NCBI RefSeq assembly: GCF_006345805.1
Contig: NC_043000.1
Coordinates: 124,372,001-124,436,000 of the forward strand
Origin: Octopus sinensis
Lineage: Eukaryota
DNA length: 64,000 bases
Reading direction: 5' to 3'
Shown: positions 38,758-52,533 of the stretch, in pieces
Numbering within the stretch: the stretch's first letter is position 1
Layout of the letters: each line of letters opens with the position of its first letter
Translations under genes and position numbers: made by a program
Notes under the pieces: model-generated
Told to the model about the DNA's origin: nothing
Seen by the model: only the letters and a program-made list of their open reading frames with translations
Database searches by the model: none

Positions 38758-40376
38758 AGTAGTTCTCAACCTTATTTTTTTTTTTACTTGTGGACTCTGT
38801 TGATTCCAGTTTTACTTGGTTTGACCCTCATTGCGATTTGATGTTTAAAAGAATCCTATTATATTTTTGTAATCAAATATTAGTACCATCCACTAAGAGT
38901 ACCATCTGAGCATGATGCTAAGGGTACCATCCGAGCGTGAGCTAAGATTACCATCCAAGCGTGAGCTAAGAGTACCATCCGAGCATGATCGTTGCCAGAG
39001 CAACAAACTGTCTTCCGAGCCAGTGGCATGTAAAAAGCAACATTCGAGCGTGATCGTTACCTGCGTCGCTTTACTGGCACACGTGCTGGTGGAACATGAA
39101 AAAACATTCAAGTGAGGTTGTTGCCAGTGCCGCTGGACTGGCTCCTGTGCAGGTGGCACATAAAAAGCACCATTTGAGTGTGGCAGTTGCCAGTACTGCC
39201 TGACTGGACCTCATGCCAGTGTATACTGGGGTCAATATAATTGACTTACTCCATCCTTAAAATAGCTGGCCTTGTGCCAAAATTTGAAACCATTATTATT
39301 ATTATTCAGTGAGAGAACAATTCATGCCATCAAAGTGACACTGGGGTAAAATATATGAAGCCCAGTATAAACATCATGTCTATCCATCTGATAAGGGTAC
39401 GCCAGGCACATACATCATAGCCACATGTGTGCAACATGGTGATTTCATATCAAGATAAACAGCTCATGACCTTGCAGGTGGGGCCCAGTTAGAATTTTTT
39501 TCAGGTTGAGTAGCCCATCCTGCCCAAAAGGTCCCTGAATAAGGGTTATTTAAGGATGTTGAATGAAACACCATGTGAATTATTCAATCTCCAAAGAATT
39601 CCTCTCAGCACATGGCTATGATGCTTCCCCACTACTTCTTCTCGTGATCAGAGATACACATATCGTCAGCCACTAAGGGTTAAGGTCAAGCAATTGACAA
39701 GCAAAACTGTGATATTGAGCAGAATATTTGCTGTAGCCCGTCTTTTATACCAAGACAAAACAATGTACATGTTCCAATCAGTTAACATCAGAAGCCACAA
39801 GAGCCACTGCCTGGTACTGCATCAGGGCGTTTTGGTTCCCTCATGGTCTACCAAAGCTCCCCTAACTGGCAAGATGCCAATTTTTTTTGAGCAATGCCAA
39901 CCTTCAGTTTTGGTCTCTGCATTCTATTCATTGTCCAAACCAGAGGTTCTCAATTATATTTTGCCTTTGGACTGTTTTAATCCTGCTTTTAGTCTGCTAG
40001 AACCCCCCCCACCCTACTCATTTCATGTTTAAAAAAAACTGATATTTTTATAATTAAATATTATTGGGAATTGTATAAGTAAAGTAAAGACTATTCACCA
40101 ACATAATGTGGCAGTCCTGGACAGGACGAATGTTACTGTTGTCTAGCCCCAGTAACATTTGTCCCATCCAGGACTGCTCCATTATTTTGGTAAATAGTCT
40201 TTACTTTAAAGAACTGTTACTGAATATCTCTGTTTGGGAGATTTAGAAATGATAACGTTTCTATTTGTAAATAAATTGTTAAAATATTTTATTTATTGTA
40301 GAAATACAACTAATCTATTGCATATTAACTTCAACAACAAAATCTTATATGACCCCAAGGTTGAGAACCATCGGTC
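38758..40376. mobile_element. hAT/Charlie-like MITE with nested insertions
   Basis: cagtagttctcaacctt at the left and aaggttgagaaccatcg at the right; interior carries LINE-tail, SINE and foldback inserts. Confidence 0.4.
40081..40207. repeat. Small foldback, 58-bp arms
   Basis: aaagtaaagactatt...tgttactg / cagtaaca...aatagtctttacttt, 11-nt loop. Confidence 0.85.
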
Positions 40377-40463
40377 TAAACTATTTTTTCTTACAAATTA
40401 GCTGCATTTCAATTATATCGTTGCTCTTCCTTGTTGAAATTTTTCTTACATCTTTATTTTTAG

Positions 40464-40584
40464 CTTCCTCTGCAAAAGTACATAAATTTCCCAAACTTCA
40501 ACCTCCTGAAAGTTATGTTGGTGCTGCTCCATTGAACTTCATCAAAGACAAACAAGTGTTTTCTGCAGGAGGTGTATCAATGCA
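40464..40584 (+). CDS. LACTB2: LACTB2 coding exon 3
   Basis: ttatttttag| acceptor; ASSAKVHKFPKLQPPESYVGAAPLNFIKDKQVFSAGGVSM aligns by eye to CIKKLPR...YLKDGDVIKTEGATL; donor CA|gttagt; phase 1 to 2. Confidence 0.8.
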
Positions 40585-42039
40585 GTTAGTATTTTCCGTT
40601 TAATTTCCCCTTTGTTTGTAAAAAAGAAAAACTAAAATGATTTTTATAATGTATCATTATTCTTTGAACTGTTTTATATCCATGCATTTACATGTATTGC
40701 TATCTAATATTTTGTTTACATGGGATATGTATCAAGAGAATTATCAAGAAAGTCCTCTGAATAGGCAAGTTTTTGACTTCTGCTGCACAGGACAGTAGAA
40801 ATATCAGCACTTCAAAAGAGAGAAAGTTAAGCCAGTAGACAAGTTGTCAACCTTTCTCTCTTTTGGACAACTTGTCTACTGGCTTAACACGTTTGGAAGG
40901 CAAGCAGTAAACTATCTGTTTTCTCTGTCTTTCTCTTTCTTAGCCATTTACTCCTATTTTGTTTTGGCTGTCTTTTTTTATGCTCCCTTCATGAAAATAA
41001 TAGAATTAAAAAAAAATAACACCACTGCTCTTACTATAACTGAAAGGAAGTGCTAAAAAAATTTGCTTTCCTTTCCCAATGTTTCTGTTGACCACTTTAT
41101 ACTGAGAAATGAAAGAATGCAAAATAATCATCATCATCATTTAACGTCTACTTCCCATGCTAGCATGGGTTGGACGATTTGACTGAGGTCTGGCAAACCA
41201 GATGGCTGCACCAGACTCCAATCTGATCTGGCAGAGTTTCTACAGCTGGATGCCCTTCCTAACACCAACCACTCCGAGAGTGTAGTGGGTGCTTTTACGT
41301 GCCACCGGCACGAGGGTCAATCAGGCGGTACTGGCAGCGGCCACGCTCAAATGGTGACTTTTACGTGCCACCTGCACAGGAGCCAGTACAATGGCACTGG
41401 CAACAACCTCGCTCAAATGTTTTTTTCATGTGCCAGTAAGGCAATGCTGGTAGCAATCACGCTTGAATGGTATTTTTTACGTGCCACTGGTATGGAACAA
41501 TAAAAGTAAATATGTCTACAATGAATCTAGTGAAATTTATCAATAATCAATTATATATTACACAAAAATTATCCATCGTGGTAAAATAGTAAGGCATGTA
41601 GTGCATGTGTTCTATACATAGATTCTTCACCCCTGATATATATATATATATATATATAAAAACTATATTTTCAACTACAATTAAATTATGACCTTTTAAT
41701 ACAATGATCAACTTCTAATTGTTAATTGTTGCTCCATTTCTTTTCTTATCTGTCTGTCTGTCTGCCTGTCTGTTGTCGTTTAATGTCCACTTTCCATGCT
41801 GGCATGGGTTGGACAGTTTGACTGAGGGCTGGTGAGCCAGGTGGCTGCACCAGGCTCCAGTCTGATCTGGTAAGGTTCTTACAGCTGGATACCCTTCCTA
41901 ATGCCAACCACTACGAGAGTGTAGTGGGTGCTTTTTACATGCCACTGATATATATATTGCTTAATGTAAAAAAAAGCTCTCACACTTTGTTCTCCCTCTA
42001 TCAATGTTTTTATCATTGTTTCTGTGATATAAGTATAAG

Positions 42040-42250
42040 TATATATATATATATATAAGTATATATATATATATAATAAGTATATATATATATATAAGTA
42101 TATATATATATATAAGTATATATATATATAAGTATAAGTATATATATATATAAGTATATATATATATAAGTATAAGTATATATATATATAAGTATAAGTA
42201 TATATATATATATATATAAGTAATATATATATATATTATATATATATAAT
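42040..42250. repeat. (TA)n-AGT compound microsatellite; same type at 44385-44660 and 44895-45000
   Basis: Direct reading. Other microsatellites at about 27200-27620, 43700-43900, 53480-53720, 58975-59090. Confidence 0.9.
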
Positions 42251-42254
42251 ATAT

Positions 42255-42860
42255 ACTAGCAGTATCGCCCGGCGTTGCTCGGGTTTGTAAGGGAAATAAC
42301 TATATAAGCATTTTTAGAGAGTTATAGCCAAAAAATAGCAAAAAATGCATTAAAAATGGAAAAAATACGATGGTAAATTTTTTAAAAAATTGTTGACTCA
42401 TCGTAGACATTTTTAGAGAGTTACTTCCCTTATATAATAGCGAAAAAATGCATTAAAATCGTAGACTCATGTAGACGCTTTCTTAGCCATTTCTGTTTTG
42501 GTGTCTTCAAGCCATGAAGTCGTTGTTCTAAAAGAACGCTGGTCTCCTTGACAACGCATTACGACGTTGATTTCCTTACACTCCCTTCCCCACAGGTGCA
42601 GGTGTGAGCGTGGACGCCAACTCCGCCGCCATCGACACACGAAAAATTATGCATTAAAATGGAATAAAAAATGATGTTAAATTATTTTTAAAATCGTAGA
42701 CTCATCGTAGACGCACGCTAATACTCAGATGGGCTCGATATGAATCACGACTATTAGCTACCCGAATTTGGTTAAACTGCACCGCAAAATGTGGGAGTAG
42801 TTAGGAATCTAAATCGAAGGGGACAGACACTCATACAACTACAGTTTTATATATATAGAT
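42255..42860 (+). mobile_element. Helitron-like element, copy 3
   Basis: Same termini and internal sequence; inserted in a TA-rich satellite. Confidence 0.6.
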
Positions 42861-42869
42861 ATACATAGC

Positions 42870-43470
42870 GCAGTAGTGGTGAGATGTGACAGCAAAGAAA
42901 AGCATACATTCACTCTCTGCATGCAATTAGACTCGGAAAGTTCGTGAGGAACCCATTGACCCAATTTGCTGACTTTTCCGATAGCACACAGGTCTCAATG
43001 AATGGTTGAATGACCAAATCTAAGCTTCTCTGCTAGTTCCTTAACAGTTACGATGAGATTTTGTTCCACCAGGGTTTTCAGGATGTCCTTGTCGAGTTCT
43101 ACAGATCTTTCAGGATGAGGCTCGTCTTCTAGGCTGTAGTTTATGGCTCGGAATTTCTGGAACCACCATTGACACTGCCTTACGCTTATTGTCCAATCCC
43201 CATATACTGCATTAATATTTCTTGTACTTTCCGTTGCGTTGTTGTCTTTATTGAACTCATAAAGCAAAATATGCCAAATATGCTCCTTTGTTACTTCCAA
43301 CATAGCTTTGAAAAAAATAGCTGTTAAAATAGAAATGCACTCTTCAAAACTTGCACTATGAATAAGGACAAGATAAAATTACTACCTGCTTTTATAGCAA
43401 GTTAATATAAGTAGTTTATCCCATTCCCCTCTGACTTTTAGTTCAAGCTGATGAAAAAACCGCATTATTA
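42870..43470 (-). mobile_element. mariner transposon 5' remnant
   Basis: HIWHILLYEFNKDNNATESTRNINAVYG...WFQKFR...SLEDEPHPERSVELD resembles the mariner transposase HTH region; truncated; TIR-like remnant near 43450-43470. Confidence 0.8.
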
Positions 43471-43732
43471 TATATATATACATACATACATACATATACA
43501 CACACACTCTCTCTCTCACACACATGCACACATTTATATTCTGTTATTCTTTTATATGTTTCAGCCTTGAGGTTGTGGCCATGCTGGATCATGTGTGTGT
43601 GTGTGTGTGTGTATCTGTCTGTCTGTCTGTATGTATATATGTATATGTATGTGTGTGAACAATAATATTTTCAACAGATGTGTTGCAAATGTATCTGATT
43701 GTTCTCAAGCTTCAATACTGTGTGTGTGTGTA

Positions 43733-43763
<31 letters not shown>

Positions 43764-43850
43764 ATGTATGTATGTATGTATATGTATGTATGTATGTATG
43801 TATGCATGTGTGTATGTATGTGTGTGTGTATGTATGTATGTGTGTGTGTA

Positions 43851-43887
<37 letters not shown>

Positions 43888-44474
43888 ATGTATGTATGTA
43901 TGAGTGTATGTTTACTTTATTACTAACACAAGCCACTACGGTTATTTAATGTAAAGTCTTCCTCAAATCACTCTCTCTCGCTATTTACTCTCTTCCAAGA
44001 ACATTTTCACTCACTCTTATCTGTTAGCTTCCCATACATTTTACTCATGTATCTATCAGCGTCATAGACAGCGTCATTGCATTCTATTGTCTACCTGTCA
44101 ACACACTGAATTACGTTCACTTTATTCGTAGCACACTGTGTGGGTGCGTTTGCGTGTGCTGTAAACCAGACTAAGAAAAGCATTTGACATACACACCAGA
44201 ATGTGAGTTTTCTGTAAATTTTGCTTAATTGGAGTTTAAATTTTAAAAACTGGACCTGGCACCTGGCATGACCGATGCATTCTACTCTTAAAAATGCTAG
44301 GTAAATTGTAATTGAAGAAATCCTATATTGTAGATTTCTATAAGATACAAAGGGAGGCAGATAAAATCTGCCTTTTTATAATAAGAGATATATAAGTATA
44401 AGTATATATATATAATGTAATATATATAGATATATTATATAGATATATATATATAGATATATAAGTATATATAT

Positions 44475-44546
<72 letters not shown>

Positions 44547-44917
44547 AGTATAAGTATTATATATATATATAAGTATATATATATATATATATATATAAGT
44601 ATATATATATATATAAGTATATATATATATTTATATATATATATATATATAATAGTTATCGCCATACTAATATGGCATTCTTATAAAAATAAGAATAAAG
44701 CGGTCCGCTTATTAGCTCCATGAGGCCATCGCCTTAAGTTAGCTATTTGATACACAAACTGTATCCATATAACCTTCGAACAAGGGGTCAGTCGCTCCAC
44801 ACTACTTGACCGGCAGCTACAGACGCGTTCGGGGTATTGCCCCTTTTCAATGCATCGTAGCCAGACCAGTAGACTTAGTAATTTTAATATTTCTATTATA
44901 TATATATATAAGTATAA

Positions 44918-44952
<35 letters not shown>

Positions 44953-45000
44953 TATATATATATATATAAGTATAAGTATATATATATATGTATAAGTATA

Positions 45001-46920
45001 TTGGACGCCGCCCCCGGGCCAATTCAGTAGCCTAGACTCATTTGTGAACGACTGCAATGCGTTGGTAAACCGGTTTGATTTTAAAAAAAGACCTCTCCGA
45101 GACAACCTCACACAGGCTGAATTGGTTGCCCTTCGCCACCTCCGTCGCCGCAATGACATTGTCATCAAACCGGCGGACAAAGGCGGAGCAGTGGTCGTGT
45201 GGCGCGTGGATCTCTACAGGGAGGAAGCGCGCAGCCAGCTTCAAAATCCCCTCTTCTATCGCCTCCTCCCCTCTGATCCCACCTCTTCCTACCAACAGCG
45301 AGTGGCCTCCACTATCCGCGATCTCACATCTTCTTCTGCTCTCCCCCCACCGCCACCAACCTCATCGTCCGCACACCCCGCACCTCCACCATCTATTTCC
45401 TTCCCAAAATTCATAAGCCCAATACCCCTGGCCGCCCCATTGTTTCCGCCTGTAATTGCCCTACTGAACACATTTCCCTATACCTCGACCGCATCCTGTC
45501 CCCTCTAGTCAAAGCCCTCCCTTCCCACATACATGATACCAACCACACCCTCCGTCTCTTCAATTCCTTTTCCTTCCCTTCCAGCCCCTCACACCTCCTC
45601 TTCACCCTTGACATCAAATCACTGTATACGGTGATTCCCCACAACGACGGTCTCCTAGCTCTCCAACACTTCCTCGACCGTCGCCCCGACCCCACCCCTA
45701 GCACCCCCACCCTCCTCCGCCTGGCAGAGCTCGTCCTAACCCTCAACTGTTTCACGTTCGCGGGGAAACGTACCAACAGGTGTCCGTGGTCGCGATGGGA
45801 ACGAGAATGGGTCCCAATTTCGCCAATCTCTTGTTGGCTACATTGAGGCCCAAGTATTCTCCCATTCTCCGGGCCGACCCCAGAACTATACGGTCGTTAC
45901 ATAGATGACTGTATAGGCGCCACCTCCCTTTCCCGCGAACAACTCTGCCACTTCATCTCTTTCCTCTCCAACTTCCACCCCTCTCTACAATTCACTTCCA
46001 CCATATCCAATACTTCCGTTAACTTCCTAGATATCTCACTCAGCATCGACCACCCCCACACTCTCTCACCACCTCTGCCTTCTTCAAACCCCCGGATTCC
46101 ACCCTCTATCTCAACTTCTCTTCCTCCCATCCCTTCCACAACCAAACGGGCTATCCCTACTCCCAGTTCCTCCGCTTCCGACGCTTGTGCAGCCGCGACC
46201 AGGATTTCGAGACCCAGTCTCAATACCTGGCCCGCCTGTTCAGGCTTCGAGGATACCCACCTACCCTGGTCTTGAACGCCCCTCGCCCGCGCTCGTCGCA
46301 TCGACCGCACCACCGCCCTTTCTCCTTCCAATCACCCCCCCCAACCGCACCCCTTTCCCCTCCTTTCCACTCCTCTACTCTACCCTTCGTCGGAAGATAC
46401 TTCGTGTGCCTCTGTCTGTCTCCAGCTCGATTCCACTACCCACCCCCTGTCCTCCTTCAAACGAGCCCGGAATCTACGCGACCCTCCTGGTCCGTAGCAC
46501 CCTCCTTCTTCCCCCTCGGCCCCACACGGATCCTTCCCATGCTCCCGATCCCGCTGCAACACCTGCCCCTTCATCACCAACAACCACTGCTGTCCCCGGT
46601 TCCAACCGCGTACTGTACGTATCAGGTATTCCTTTACGTGCACCCCGTCTGGACTCATAACTGCATTAAATGCAACCGCTGCAAGATGCTGTATATAGGA
46701 CAGACGGGACGCCGTGTCAGACCGATTCACTGAGCATCTGCGGATGTTCGTCTTTTTCCAATTCTCCCGTCGCACGTCACTTCCGCTCAGCCAGCAGCCA
46801 TTCCCCCCGATGACATCTCGGTATTTGGTCTTGCCCCATACAACGGCTCTCCCCAATCTAGCTTCACTTGGAGCAAACGGTTTCATATTCCTTCTACGGA
46901 CTCTAACCCCACACGGACTC
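45001..46920 (+). mobile_element. Penelope-like retroelement (RT plus GIY-YIG endonuclease), frameshifted
   Basis: Across frames: IVIKPADKGGAVVV (DKG motif), LPKIHKPNTPGRPIVS, FTLDIKSLYTVIP, AMGTRMGPNFAN, RYIDD, AIPYSQFLRFRRLCS, CIKCNRCKMLYIGQTGR..DRFTEH; GC-rich relative to host; several frameshifts. Confidence 0.92.
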
Positions 46921-46984
46921 AACACTTTTTATTTTTTGTTTATTAATTATTATTTTTAATTAAAAAAAATTTTTATAAATGTCC

Positions 46985-48100
46985 TTATGCAGTCACACAC
47001 ACACACATACTCACGTACCCACGTATACACCTACTCCCAACACACCACACACACACAACGTACATGCACATGTACGCACACATACTTCCACACCCATACA
47101 CACATCCACACACCCCCACGTGCACACACACACACGCCCGTGCACACACACCATACAGATACGCACATTCCTATAAACACCTAGCTGGGACGCACAGATA
47201 CACGCACGTAAGCGCACACACGCACATGTACCTTACGCCCACACACTCCAACCTCCGCCCCCACACACACGTACACATTCACACACACACATACATACAT
47301 ACACACACATAATACATACATAGATACATTCATACATACATACATACATACACACACATGCACACATACATACATACATACATACATTCATACATACATA
47401 CATACATACACTCATACATACATACACACACACATACATATATACACACACGTACATACACACACATACATACACATATGCACACATACATACATTCACA
47501 CACACACACATACATACACACACACACACATATACATACACACACACATACCCACACACACACGCACGCATACCCACATACATACACACATACATACATG
47601 CATACATACACACACGTACACACACATACATACATACATACATACAACACATACATACACAGATACACACATACACACAAACACATACATACACACATAC
47701 ACACACATACATATACATACATACATACACACACACATACACAAATACACACACACACACATACACACATGCATATATGCATACACACATACATACACAC
47801 ACATACGTACACACACGCACATACACACATACACGCATGCACACATACATACATATATACACATACATACACACACACTTACATACATACATACACACAC
47901 ATACATACACACACATACACACATACATACACACATACATACATAGACACATATATACATACACACACACATACATATACATACATACAGACACACACAT
48001 GCACACATACACGCATGGACACATACATACATACATACACACACATACTATACACACATACATACATACACACACGCGTACATATACAACATACACTACA
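46985..48100. repeat. Compound (AC)/(ACAT)n microsatellite, more than 1 kb
   Basis: Direct reading; source of the HT/VCMY-rich ORFs. Confidence 0.95.
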
Positions 48101-48200
48101 NNNNNNNNNNNNNNNNNNNNNNNNNNNNNNNNNNNNNNNNNNNNNNNNNNNNNNNNNNNNNNNNNNNNNNNNNNNNNNNNNNNNNNNNNNNNNNNNNNNN
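48101..48200. other. Assembly gap of exactly 100 N
   Basis: Run of 100 N; a round size suggests a scaffolding placeholder of unknown true length. Confidence 0.97.
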
Positions 48201-49510
48201 CCAAAATCCTAATATGTAGGAAGGTAGGCAAATCACAAATGCCTTCAGGTAGATCGCCCTGCTCGATCTGTAGAAAAGGCGTAGGTAGAAACTCTATAAG
48301 ATGCACCAAGTGTAAGCTATGGACACATAAGAGGTGCAGTAATGTCAAAGGAAGGCTAACTGGGAAGATAGCTTTTGTATGTGGCAGATGCTCAGGAGCA
48401 ATAAACACTGAAAATGCTCAGAGACCAACTTCCACCACATTCCAGGGAGAAAAACAAGAAATTGTTGATAGCTTCTGTTACCTAGGTGACCAAGTCAGTA
48501 GCGGGGGTGGGTGTGCTGAAAGTGTAACTGCTAGAGTAAGAATAGCCCGGGCAAAGTTCAGAGAGCTCTTACCTCTGCTGGTGACAAAAGGCCTCTCGCT
48601 CAGAATAAAAGGCAGACTGTATGACGCATGTGTACGAACAGCCATGCTACATGGCAGTGAAACTTGGGCCGTGACTGCTGAGGATATGCGTAAGCTCGCA
48701 AGAAATGAAGCCAGTATGCTCCAATGGATGTGTAATGTCAGTGTTCATACTCGACAGAGTGTAAGTACCTTGAGAGAAAAGTTGGACCTAAGAAGCATCA
48801 GTTGTGGTGTGCAAGAGAGATGTTTGCGCTGGTATGGTCATGTAGCGAGAATGGATGAAGATAGTTGTGTGAAAAAGTGCCACACCCTAGCGGTTGAGGG
48901 AACCTGTGGAAGAGGTAGACCCAGGAAAACCTAGGACAAGGTGGTGACGCATGACCTTCGAACTTTAGGTCTCACTGAGGAAATGACCAGAGACTGAGAC
49001 CTTTGAAAGTATGTTGTGTGTGGGAAGACCTGGCAGGACAAGTGAGACCATAACCCGTGGCCTCTACATGGGACGTAGCCAGCCCACTTATGCATGCCTT
49101 TCCTTCTTGTAACACAAACCCTACTTGTGAAGACATGTTGAGGCAAGTGAAAATCAAAATCGAAATCGATCAACATCAATGGAAATTGTAGCAGTGCCAG
49201 TGCCGGTGGCACATAAGAGAACCATCCGAACGTGGCCGTTGCTAGCACCGCCCCAACTGGCCTCCGTGCCGGTGGCACATAAAAAGCTCCATCCGGTTGT
49301 GGCAGTTGCCAGCCTCGTCTGGCTCCTGTGCAGGTGGCATGTAAAAAGCACCCACTACACTCACGGAGTGGTTGGCATTAGGAAGGGCATCCAGCTGTAG
49401 AAACACTGCCAGATCAGACTGGGCCTGGCGCAGCCTCCTGGCTTCCCAGACCCCAGCTGAACCGTCCAACCCATGCTAGCATGGAAAACAGACGTTAAAC
49501 GATGATGATG
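48201..49510 (+). mobile_element. RTE-clade LINE of the same family, cut on the left by the assembly gap
   Basis: Protein remnant nearly identical to 8718-9605 (FCYLGDQVSSGGG...RWYGHVARMDEDSCVKK); same 3' UTR and GAT tail. Confidence 0.9.
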
Positions 49511-50566
49511 ATATACACACACACACTCAACAACACATAAATATACTGTCAAGGTAAAGAGTTTACTCTCAAGGTAAAAAGAGAATCAATGTTTGATTTC
49601 CGTTCAACATTGTTTTATTTTTGTTGTTGTCATTGCTATCACCGTAGTAACCAATTCAATATATGTTTAACTTAATAAACGATATCACACCTTTCACACA
49701 TTAATGATAATATGAAATCATCATCATCAACGTTGTTGTTTAACGTTTGCTTTCCAAGGTAGCATGGGTTGAACAATTTGACTGAGGTCTGGTGAACCAG
49801 ATGGCTGCACCCGACTCCAATCTAATCTGGCAGAGTTTCTACAGCTTGATGCCCTTCCTAACGCCAACCGCTCCAAGAGTGTAGTGGGTGCTTTTACGTG
49901 CCATCGGCATAAGGGCCAGTAAGGTGGTACTGGCAATGGCCTCGCTCAAATGGTGTTTTTTATATATAGGTAAAATTAAAGCCAGCTGTAATTGTTAATG
50001 GTGCTTTATATATAGGTAAAATTAAAGCCAGCTGTAATTGCTAAGCTCAAGCGACCTGTACAATTTAGGTTTCTTTGTTTTATTTAACGCCAAGTCTAAG
50101 AGGAAACATGGTACCAATGACCTACTTCAGAGCTTTTGGAATTCTGAGGGTGGAAGAGAGAAATATATTTTTAGACTTTGGTTTTAGGTTCTATTCCACT
50201 ATATGGTATTTTGTGTCTCCTATTTAAGCTCTGGGCTTCTCAAAGTCTTGTAAATGGATTTGGTTGACAGAAGCTCAATGAAAACCACAGTGTGTATCAT
50301 AAAAAATGCAGTACACATTGTAAGGTGGTTGGCACTAGGAAGGACATCCAACCACAGAAACCATACCAAGCTAACACTGGAGCTTAAAGCAGACAATTAG
50401 CTAGCTAGATCCTGTCAAACTGCCTAATCTGAGCCAGCACAGAAGATGAACGCTTGATGGTAATGATGATGACAATGGTGATGAGAGAGGTGGCCGATGG
50501 GCATATGGCATAGTGGTTAGCAAGGGCTACTAACCCCAAGATCCCGAGTTCGATTCTAGGCAGTGA

Positions 50567-50597
<31 letters not shown>

Positions 50598-50598
50598 G

Positions 50599-50638
<40 letters not shown>

Positions 50639-50809
50639 TATAGGCATAGGAGTGGCTATGTGGTAAGTAGCTTGCTTACGAACAAAATGGTTCCGGGTTC
50701 AGTTCCACTGCGTGGCACCTTCGGCAAGTGTCTTCTATTATAGCCTCAGGCCAACCAAAACCTAGTGTGTGGATTTGGTAGACGGAAAGAAGCCCGTCAT
50801 ATATATATG

Positions 50810-50876
<67 letters not shown>

Positions 50877-50962
50877 ATATTAATAATACAGTGATTGTTT
50901 CTTGTCAGGAACAAAAAGATTAATAGGACTGCTATAGAAGTGCTCTATTGAAAGAGACAAAA

Positions 50963-51880
50963 ATATCAAACTAAAGTTATTGAACAAACAAATGCAAGGT
51001 CATCCGCATATCATTTCATAATTCGAACATTTAATCATAGAATATACATATAAACATCCCGCAAGATGGAACATAATTCATCTGGCAATCAAACAAGCAT
51101 ATAATAAATAAGGTGCGAGAAAAGAATTTTTTTCCTCACAATTTAGAGTTAATACTTTAGCGATTCAGAGAAATACATTTTTTTAGAAAAACCTAGAAAG
51201 TAAAAATATAATATAAAGTAATATATAAAAATATATAGGTATATAAAAATATATAAAATATATATATATACATATAGGAGCATATAAAAAATATATAATA
51301 TATATCATGCGAATAAAATAAAAGTTCATTGTTTAGAAATCTTATTAAATAACTATTCAAGTAAAAGAAGCCTTATAGTTAAAAAGGGAACATATTTACT
51401 TATCCCTATGGCCATTTTAGGGGTGTATTATGTTTAAAGCACTAGGGTGCATCCAGATAATACCTCCTTCGTCAGGGGAAGAAAAATATATATATACATA
51501 AGGATTTCTAAACGATGAACTTTTATTTTATTTGCATGATATATATTATATATTTTTTATATGCTCCTATATGTATATATATATATTTTATATATTTTTA
51601 TATACCTATATATTTTTATATATTACTTTATATTATATTTTTACTTTCTAGGTTTTTCTAAAAAAATGTATTTCTCTGAATCACTAAAGTATTAACTCTA
51701 AACTGTGAGGAAAAAAATTCTTTTCTCGCACCTTATTATTATATGCTTGTTTGATTGTCAGATGAATAATGTTCCATCTTGCGGGATGTTTATATGTATA
51801 TTCTATGATTAAATGTTCGAATTATGAAATGATATGCGGATGACCTTGCATTTGTTTGTTCAATAACTTTAGTTTGATAT
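50963..51880. repeat. Foldback element, arms about 380 bp, spacer about 150 bp
   Basis: atatcaaactaaagttattgaac... versus ...gttcaataactttagtttgatat. Confidence 0.9.
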
Positions 51881-52487
51881 ATATATATATACCATCATCA
51901 TCATCGTTTAATGTCCGCTTTCCATGCTAGCATTGGTTGGACGATTTGACTGAGGGCTGGCAAACTAGATGGCTGCACCAGAATCTAATCTTGATCTGGT
52001 AGAGTTTCTACAGCTGGGTGCCCTTCCTAACGCCAACCATGGGGGTCAGTCAGGCGATACTGGCAATGACCTCACTCAAATCTTTTTACACATGCCATCG
52101 GCACAGGTGCCAGTAAGGCAATGCTGGTAACGATCACGCTCGAATGGTACCTTTTACGTGCCACTAGCACGGAAGCCAGTTAGCCACTCTGCCAACGATC
52201 ACGCTCAGATGGTGCTCTTAGCACCCTACTAGCACAGGCACAAGTGCCAGTAAGGTGACGCTGTTGACAATCACACACGAATGGTGCCTTTTATGTGCCA
52301 CTGGCACAGAAGCTGGTTAGCCGTTCTGTCAACGATCACATTCGTATGGTGTTCTTTGTACCCCACTAGCACGGATGCTAGTCATCAGATTTGAGTTTGA
52401 TTTCACTTGCCTCAACAGGTCTTCGCAAGCAGAGTTTAGGGTCCAAAGAAGGAAAAGGTACACATAAGTCAGCTGGTTACACCCCTG

Positions 52488-52533
<46 letters not shown>

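Noticed and set aside
46979-48212. Long ORFs rich in H/T or V/C/M/Y (also at 27k, 43.6k, 44.4k)
   Set aside because: Translations of AC/ACAT/TA microsatellites.
52355-52392. CTGATGA followed by a hairpin on the minus strand (also near 57821 and 58020 plus)
   Set aside because: No GAAA after stem II and no stem I/III; part of the LINE UTR or random.
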